Positions 26,608 through 30,415 of a stretch of DNA of 30,415 bases are shown here, piece by piece. Numbering within the stretch: the stretch's first letter is position 1; each line of letters begins with the position of its first letter. The translations under genes were made by a program, and so were the position numbers. Where the stretch lies: the IMG/VR virus record IMGVR_UViG_3300012667_000616, positions 1-30,415 of that record. One strand, given 5' to 3'. The notes beneath the pieces are model-generated. The model did no database searches. It saw nothing but the letters and a program-made list of their open reading frames with translations, and was not told the DNA's origin. The DNA is from a virus (taxonomy: Duplodnaviria; Caudoviricetes).

Positions 26608-27339
26608 ATGAGCTTTACTCATTGGATTGCCGCGGCCGATAACCACGGCGGGCTTGTTTGCCCCAAGGCGGTTAAAGTGCTTTTGAGCTTTGCGAAAACG
26701 TGGAAGCCGAAGCACCGAATCCACCTTGGCGACAATTGGGATTTCTCGCCGCTTCGCCGGGGAGCATCGCAGGAGGAAAAAGCGGACGGCATCGCGGAGG
26801 ACTACCAAGCTGGAATTGAATTCCTCGACGCATACAAACCGACTCACCTAACGCTTGGCAACCATGATGACCGCATCTGGATGAACTCGACGCATTGCGC
26901 GGATGGCATCCTTCGCGAGCGTTGCTCGGAACTCGCCAAAGCGTCGGAAGCGGAATTCAAAAAGCGCAAGATCCAATTTTGCCATTATCACGTTTCCAAG
27001 TTCCTCCGAATGCCAGAAGGCGGGCCGAAACTTATTCACGGATTCCGCGCCACGATGTATCCGGCCAAGTCTCATTTTGAGAACTGGGGCGAATGCATCC
27101 ACGGCCATACGCACAAGCCCGACAGCTACCATGCGCGCCACGTTGACGGCGGGGGCAGCATGTCGGTTGGATGCATGGCGGACATGGATCTAATGACCTA
27201 CGCGGATCGCACGCCCGCAAAGCTTGCGTGGCGTCAAGGATTCGTTTACGGGATGACCAACAACAAAACCGGACAATGGCACGCATGGCACGCAACGAAT
27301 CAAGGGGGAGTATGGGTCAGCCCACACGGGGCGCTTTGA
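26608..27339 (+). CDS. Calcineurin-like metallophosphoesterase
   Basis: DNHG, LGDNWD, GNHD, IHG and GHTH motifs. Confidence 0.9.
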   Translation: MSFTHWIAAADNHGGLVCPKAVKVLLSFAKTWKPKHRIHLGDNWDFSPLRRGASQEEKADGIAEDYQAGIEFLDAYKPTHLTLGNHDDRIWMNSTHCADGILRERCSELAKASEAEFKKRKIQFCHYHVSKFLRMPEGGPKLIHGFRATMYPAKSHFENWGECIHGHTHKPDSYHARHVDGGGSMSVGCMADMDLMTYADRTPAKLAWRQGFVYGMTNNKTGQWHAWHATNQGGVWVSPHGAL

Positions 27340-27551
27340 GCGATTTGGGCGCGATGCTCAAGGAGATGAGCGAGTCGCTTGAGTCCAACCGCCAGCCGGG
27401 GGAATTTACCCGCCAAGAGGCGATGAAAGAGCTTGGCATCGGTCGCAGTGCAACTCAGGTCCGGCTTGCGTCGCTGGTTGATTCCGGCGCGCTGGTCAAG
27501 CGCGAGGGGCGCGAGAAGTCGAAAATCGTCACGTTTTACCGCAAGGCATGA
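27336..27551 (+). CDS. Small winged-HTH protein
   Basis: FTRQEAMKELGIGRSATQVRLASLVDSG; start is TTG 27336 or ATG 27354. Confidence 0.65.
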   Translation: MSDLGAMLKEMSESLESNRQPGEFTRQEAMKELGIGRSATQVRLASLVDSGALVKREGREKSKIVTFYRKA

Positions 27552-27775
27552 ATCCGCCAGAGACAGCGCCAAGAGACTGCATCATTCTAGCGGATTTCGG
27601 CTGGCCTTGGATTCTCCCGGCGCGATGGAATCCGATTGATGGCAAGTGGGCGACCGTCACGCTGCAATGCGGGCCAGTGGATGGCCAGTGGGAGGACTAC
27701 TATTTCGAGTCCGAGCAAGAGCTGGATTCTGACCTTAAAGGCTGGCTGCCGACGCCGGTTGTTGCGCGAAGGTAA
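27548..27775 (+). CDS. DUF551-like small protein
   Basis: PETAPRD...GWLPTP termini; ATGA coupling. Confidence 0.65.
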   Translation: MNPPETAPRDCIILADFGWPWILPARWNPIDGKWATVTLQCGPVDGQWEDYYFESEQELDSDLKGWLPTPVVARR

Positions 27776-27844
27776 GCCGGGGCCGGGAATCGAACCCGGA
27801 GCAATCGCCTTGAGACGATCATGTTACCATTACACCACCCCCGC
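27775..27844 (-). tRNA. Degenerate tRNA (Gly-like body, 6-nt anticodon loop)
   Basis: GCGGGGG/CCCCGGC acceptor (G3:G70 mismatch), D-arm GTGT-AATGGTA-ACAT, perfect T-arm CCGGG-TTCGATT-CCCGG, U73; anticodon arm ATCGT-CTCAAG-GCGAT. Confidence 0.7.
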
Positions 27845-27848
27845 AAAA

Positions 27849-27919
27849 TGGCGGCCCGTTGACTCTCGCCAGATTTGGATTCCAGCGAGCCCGCCCATTG
27901 AAGATCACCGCGACGGGCC
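27849..27919 (-). ncRNA. 71-nt CCA-ended tRNA-like RNA without a T-arm
   Basis: Perfect 7-bp GGCCCGT/ACGGGCC plus G plus CCA; internal 9-bp stem with 7-nt loop ATCCAAA. Confidence 0.5.
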
Positions 27920-27948
27920 AAGCGCGGCAGCGTGGAGGGCTAAGAAAA

Positions 27949-28009
27949 TGGAGCGCGGGCCGGTTGCCTCTTTGCGACGTATCGGGAGCGACCCGACCGC
28001 CCCCCGCAT
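27949..28009 (-). ncRNA. About 61-nt CCA-ended tRNA-like RNA
   Basis: ATGCGGG/CCCGCGC plus T plus CCA; internal hairpin GTCGGG-TCGCT-CCCGAT; followed by TTTT. Confidence 0.4.
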
Positions 28010-28146
28010 TGCTAGAACCGGCAAGCCGATTCCGTAATTGATTCGCCACGTGGGCGATCAATGCGCAACCCAAGCACAGCGCTTGCAGGTTGTCAACGCC
28101 GAATCCGGTCAAGATTTTTCCGCGAGTATGACACAAATTCTTTTTC

Positions 28147-28184
28147 CGAATTTTCTAGCCATGGCGAAAACGGCGAGGTAGGTT
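28147..28184 (+). promoter_or_regulatory. Early-type promoter (third copy)
   Basis: CGAATTTTCT identical to 851-860; TAGCCA-17 nt-TAGGTT; GGTAGGTT shared with 880-887. Confidence 0.6.
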
Positions 28185-28207
28185 CACGGCGTCAACCGCA
28201 ACACGCC

Positions 28208-28402
28208 ATGAGCCACACCGAGCTAGTCGCCGAACAAAAAGCCGCCATCCTTTCCGGTAAAATCACCGTCCGTTGGTCGCAAGCTCGCGCAGGATTCACC
28301 ATCCGTAGCGGACGCTCGCAGGTTGTCGGAACCGAATCATTCAGCTCCGAGACTGACGCTTGGGAGTGGCTTCTCGAAACCCACGGCATCGCCCGCCCTT
28401 AA
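28208..28402 (+). CDS. Small early hypothetical protein
   Basis: ATG 28208 downstream of the promoter. Confidence 0.6.
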   Translation: MSHTELVAEQKAAILSGKITVRWSQARAGFTIRSGRSQVVGTESFSSETDAWEWLLETHGIARP

Positions 28403-28414
28403 CCATTTCTTGCC

Positions 28415-28591
28415 ATGACCGCCGACACCATCACCGCCGACCGCGTAATCGACCTTTGGGCGCAAATCACCGTTGCAGAGGAATCCATTTACAACCTGCT
28501 CGGCCAGATTCGATCCGGCGACATTGACCCCGAGGAAGCCGCCGCCATCGTCAACCACACAATCAGCAAAATCAACACCGCTGCAAAATGA
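28415..28591 (+). CDS. Small hypothetical protein, 58 aa, absent from the ORF track
   Basis: MTADTITADRVIDLW...; ATGA overlap with the next gene. Confidence 0.6.
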   Translation: MTADTITADRVIDLWAQITVAEESIYNLLGQIRSGDIDPEEAAAIVNHTISKINTAAK

Positions 28592-28770
28592 ACGATTACG
28601 AAATAGTCACCGCATTCGCCGATTCGATCCGCAAGAAATGCAGCAACGGCGACAATAATGTTGAATACGCCGCGGCATTTGGCCGACTCACCGGGGAGCT
28701 TGACGCGATGATGTGGAAAGTTCCCGGCGTTAAGGAATACCTCAAAGAAAGATTAGAGAGAGAAAAATGA
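28588..28770 (+). CDS. Small hypothetical protein
   Basis: Member of an ATGA-coupled chain. Confidence 0.65.
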   Translation: MNDYEIVTAFADSIRKKCSNGDNNVEYAAAFGRLTGELDAMMWKVPGVKEYLKERLEREK

Positions 28771-28868
28771 ACTGGCTTCAAATTGCCGCCACCGTGCTTT
28801 TTTGCTGGACTCTCGCTAGCATTTTTGCCGCAGTCCTCTTCCGAATCCTGACCAAAAACAACGAATGA
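28767..28868 (+). CDS. 33-aa single-TM protein, absent from the ORF track
   Basis: MNWLQIAATVLFCWTLASIFAAVLFRILTKNNE; ATGA overlaps at both ends. Confidence 0.6.
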   Translation: MNWLQIAATVLFCWTLASIFAAVLFRILTKNNE

Positions 28869-29047
28869 AAACTTACATAATCGCATCCGCCGTGCTCGCC
28901 GTCGCGTCCGTCGCGCTGGCGGTCGCGGGATGCCCGGCAATCGTCGTATCGTCATGCATCGCTGTCTCACTGGCGTCGCTGCTGGCTTGCAAGTCGGAAT
29001 CCGGCATTGCGGCCGAGAACGAGGAATTTAGCCGCTGGAAACGATGA
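28865..29047 (+). CDS. Small membrane protein (two TM or lipoprotein)
   Basis: Hydrophobic; VAGC possible lipobox; ATGA coupling. Confidence 0.6.
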   Translation: MKTYIIASAVLAVASVALAVAGCPAIVVSSCIAVSLASLLACKSESGIAAENEEFSRWKR

Positions 29048-29358
29048 CACCAGAAGCACAACGAATCGCGATTGCAGAGGCTTGCGGGTGGAATCGAGAG
29101 GACTCTTTGTTCTGCCGCGCTCAAGGATGGCGAGGGCCTCAAGGCCAGTGGTATTCTCCGCTGCCGCCCGATTACATCAACGACCTCGACGCAATGCACG
29201 AAGCGGAGAAAGTAATTCTTGACAATTGTGGAACTTGGACGCGTTACGTAACTGAACTCAAGTTTCAATCAGCGAAAAATGGAATACCTCACTTCCATTT
29301 GACCGCCGCCCAACGAGCCGAAGCGTTCCTGCGAACCCTCAACCTCTGGCAAAAATGA
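29044..29358 (+). CDS. Phage ABA-sandwich-like hypothetical protein
   Basis: AIAEACGW...PDYINDLDAMHEAE...TAAQRAEAFL pattern. Confidence 0.6.
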   Translation: MTPEAQRIAIAEACGWNREDSLFCRAQGWRGPQGQWYSPLPPDYINDLDAMHEAEKVILDNCGTWTRYVTELKFQSAKNGIPHFHLTAAQRAEAFLRTLNLWQK

Positions 29359-29669
29359 CATTGTGGGCTAAGCGAACCGACGCGAACCACGCAGAGATCC
29401 GCGACGCGATGCGGGCGGCAGGCGCGGAGGTTGAGGACCTGAGCGGCTGCGGAAAGGGGATGCCGGACACGCTGGTGCTTACGATGGACGGCAGGCTACT
29501 CTTGGTCGAAATCAAGACCGCCACCGGCAAGCTGACCGCGCCGCAAGTGAAGTTCCACGCACGATTCCCGGTTTACGTGATTCGGAGCGTTGAGGAAGCG
29601 GTCAAGCTAATTGCGAACGCAATAGGTGACTCGCGGCGAGCGGGAAGCCCGAATCAACAAGGCGGCTAG
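29355..29669 (+). CDS. VRR-NUC / PD-(D/E)xK nuclease
   Basis: RTDANH, GMPD, LVEIK and LTAPQVKF motifs; stop lies inside the attC-like site. Confidence 0.8.
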   Translation: MTLWAKRTDANHAEIRDAMRAAGAEVEDLSGCGKGMPDTLVLTMDGRLLLVEIKTATGKLTAPQVKFHARFPVYVIRSVEEAVKLIANAIGDSRRAGSPNQQGG

Positions 29670-29699
29670 TCGCCGTCGATGTCCACCGTCTTGTTGGGC
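29612..29699 (-). mobile_element. attC-like site (inverted relative to genes)
   Basis: TGCGAAC-6 nt-GGTGAC...GTC(C)ACC-5 nt-GTTGGGC; attC-type 6/5 spacing with an extrahelical base; inner GCGGCGA/TCGCCGT. Confidence 0.75.
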
Positions 29700-29730
29700 A
29701 TCTTTGAGTCACTAACCAACCCCAATAAAT

Positions 29731-30054
29731 ATGATCGCCACGACCCACCAAATAGACGCCGCAATCGAGGCATACCAACGCAAGCGCGAACCTCACGGCG
29801 ACTCTCAGAATCACCGTGACGCACTCGGAGACGCTCTTCGCACCGTGCGCCCGTTCAAGTCCATGGAACTCCTGACCGCGGAAACCGCTTACGGGCATCA
29901 CCGATCCCCCGCAAGATGGGATGGCGTGCCGTGGGGCGAGTGCGGCACGAAGAACCACCGCGCCGGAATCCGCGCCGCTCTTAATTCTCTGCACAACGTC
30001 CGCCCTCTGGCACCTGCCGACAATCAAACTCCAAAACAAAATGGCCACTCCTAA
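29731..30054 (+). CDS. Cassette-borne hypothetical protein
   Basis: 107-aa ORF between two attC-like sites; stop lies in the loop of the second. Confidence 0.65.
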   Translation: MIATTHQIDAAIEAYQRKREPHGDSQNHRDALGDALRTVRPFKSMELLTAETAYGHHRSPARWDGVPWGECGTKNHRAGIRAALNSLHNVRPLAPADNQTPKQNGHS

Positions 30055-30115
30055 CGACATCCCAGCGCCGACGAAACCACTGATGGCAGGTTGCCAGCAG
30101 GAGCCTTGTTCTCTG
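29991..30115 (-). mobile_element. attC-like site (inverted) with a long variable loop
   Basis: GCACAAC-6 nt-CCT.CTGGCA.CCTGCC ... GGCAGG(T)TGCCAG(C)AGG-6 nt-GTTCTCTG; 15-bp stem with two extrahelical bases. Confidence 0.75.
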
Positions 30116-30415
30116 TCTTCGACGCCGGACACCGATGCGGTGAAGGTGAATCAAGGCCGAGGAATCTGGATCGTGAACGCCGAATACATGGCCGAAATGG
30201 AACGGCAACGTGACATACTCAAGGCCGCTGGATACGTGCTGAAGGAAGCCGTCGAAAAGCTACTGGATAGCGACGAGCAACTGAAGACGACGACCGACGA
30301 GGATCTTGAGCAAGCGATGGAAAACGGCTACGCGGCGGAGATCCGAACGCAGGCCGAAACCATCCTGCTCGCCCGGAAAGCTATAGGGATGACGAACTAC
30401 CTATTTCCAGAGAAC
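30041..30415 (+). CDS. Cassette-borne hypothetical protein, truncated by the window end
   Basis: Open for 125 codons (MATPNDIP...STPDTDA...AEMERQRD...LFPEN); starts inside the attC-like loop. Confidence 0.65.
   Translation, partial: MATPNDIPAPTKPLMAGCQQEPCSLSSTPDTDAVKVNQGRGIWIVNAEYMAEMERQRDILKAAGYVLKEAVEKLLDSDEQLKTTTDEDLEQAMENGYAAEIRTQAETILLARKAIGMTNYLFPEN

Noticed and set aside
1-30415. Stop-codon recoding suggested by rare TAG stops and UCA in the tRNA-like loop
   Set aside because: Core genes are full length under code 11 and many genes end in coupled TGA stops; the loop is not a canonical suppressor
1-30415. Integrase/IntI, reverse transcriptase or DGR template-variable repeat pair
   Set aside because: No tyrosine-recombinase or RT motifs in any ORF and no long near-duplicate repeat noticed; such genes could lie outside the window

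Overview
About 30 kb of a tailed-phage (podovirus-like) genome, nearly all coded on the + strand. The virion module runs 3051-25329: nozzle/tail tubular protein, cupin-like protein, three probable ejection proteins (one with a GH73-like muralytic domain, one with HExxH), TerS, TerL with a mini-intein, portal, scaffold, major capsid, decoration protein, adaptor and a sialidase-like tail spike. A lysis cluster (lipoprotein, Amidase_3 endolysin, two holin-like proteins) and a metallophosphoesterase follow. Small early/accessory genes occupy both ends. No integrase, polymerase, primase or helicase is visible. The scarcity of Shine-Dalgarno sequences and the style of the repeats suggest a Verrucomicrobia/Planctomycetes host (inference). 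Four things stand out: (1) integron attC-like sites, inverted relative to the genes, punctuate the early region, and their R boxes are complementary ACROSS each gene, the signature of gene cassettes in a phage with no integrase in view; (2) a promoter-attenuator followed by a ~320-nt densely structured non-coding region and a repeat-rich terminus/origin-like region; (3) an antisense cluster of one degenerate tRNA plus two CCA-ended tRNA mimics; (4) a swapped-in tail-spike module carrying a scar of its donor's next gene.
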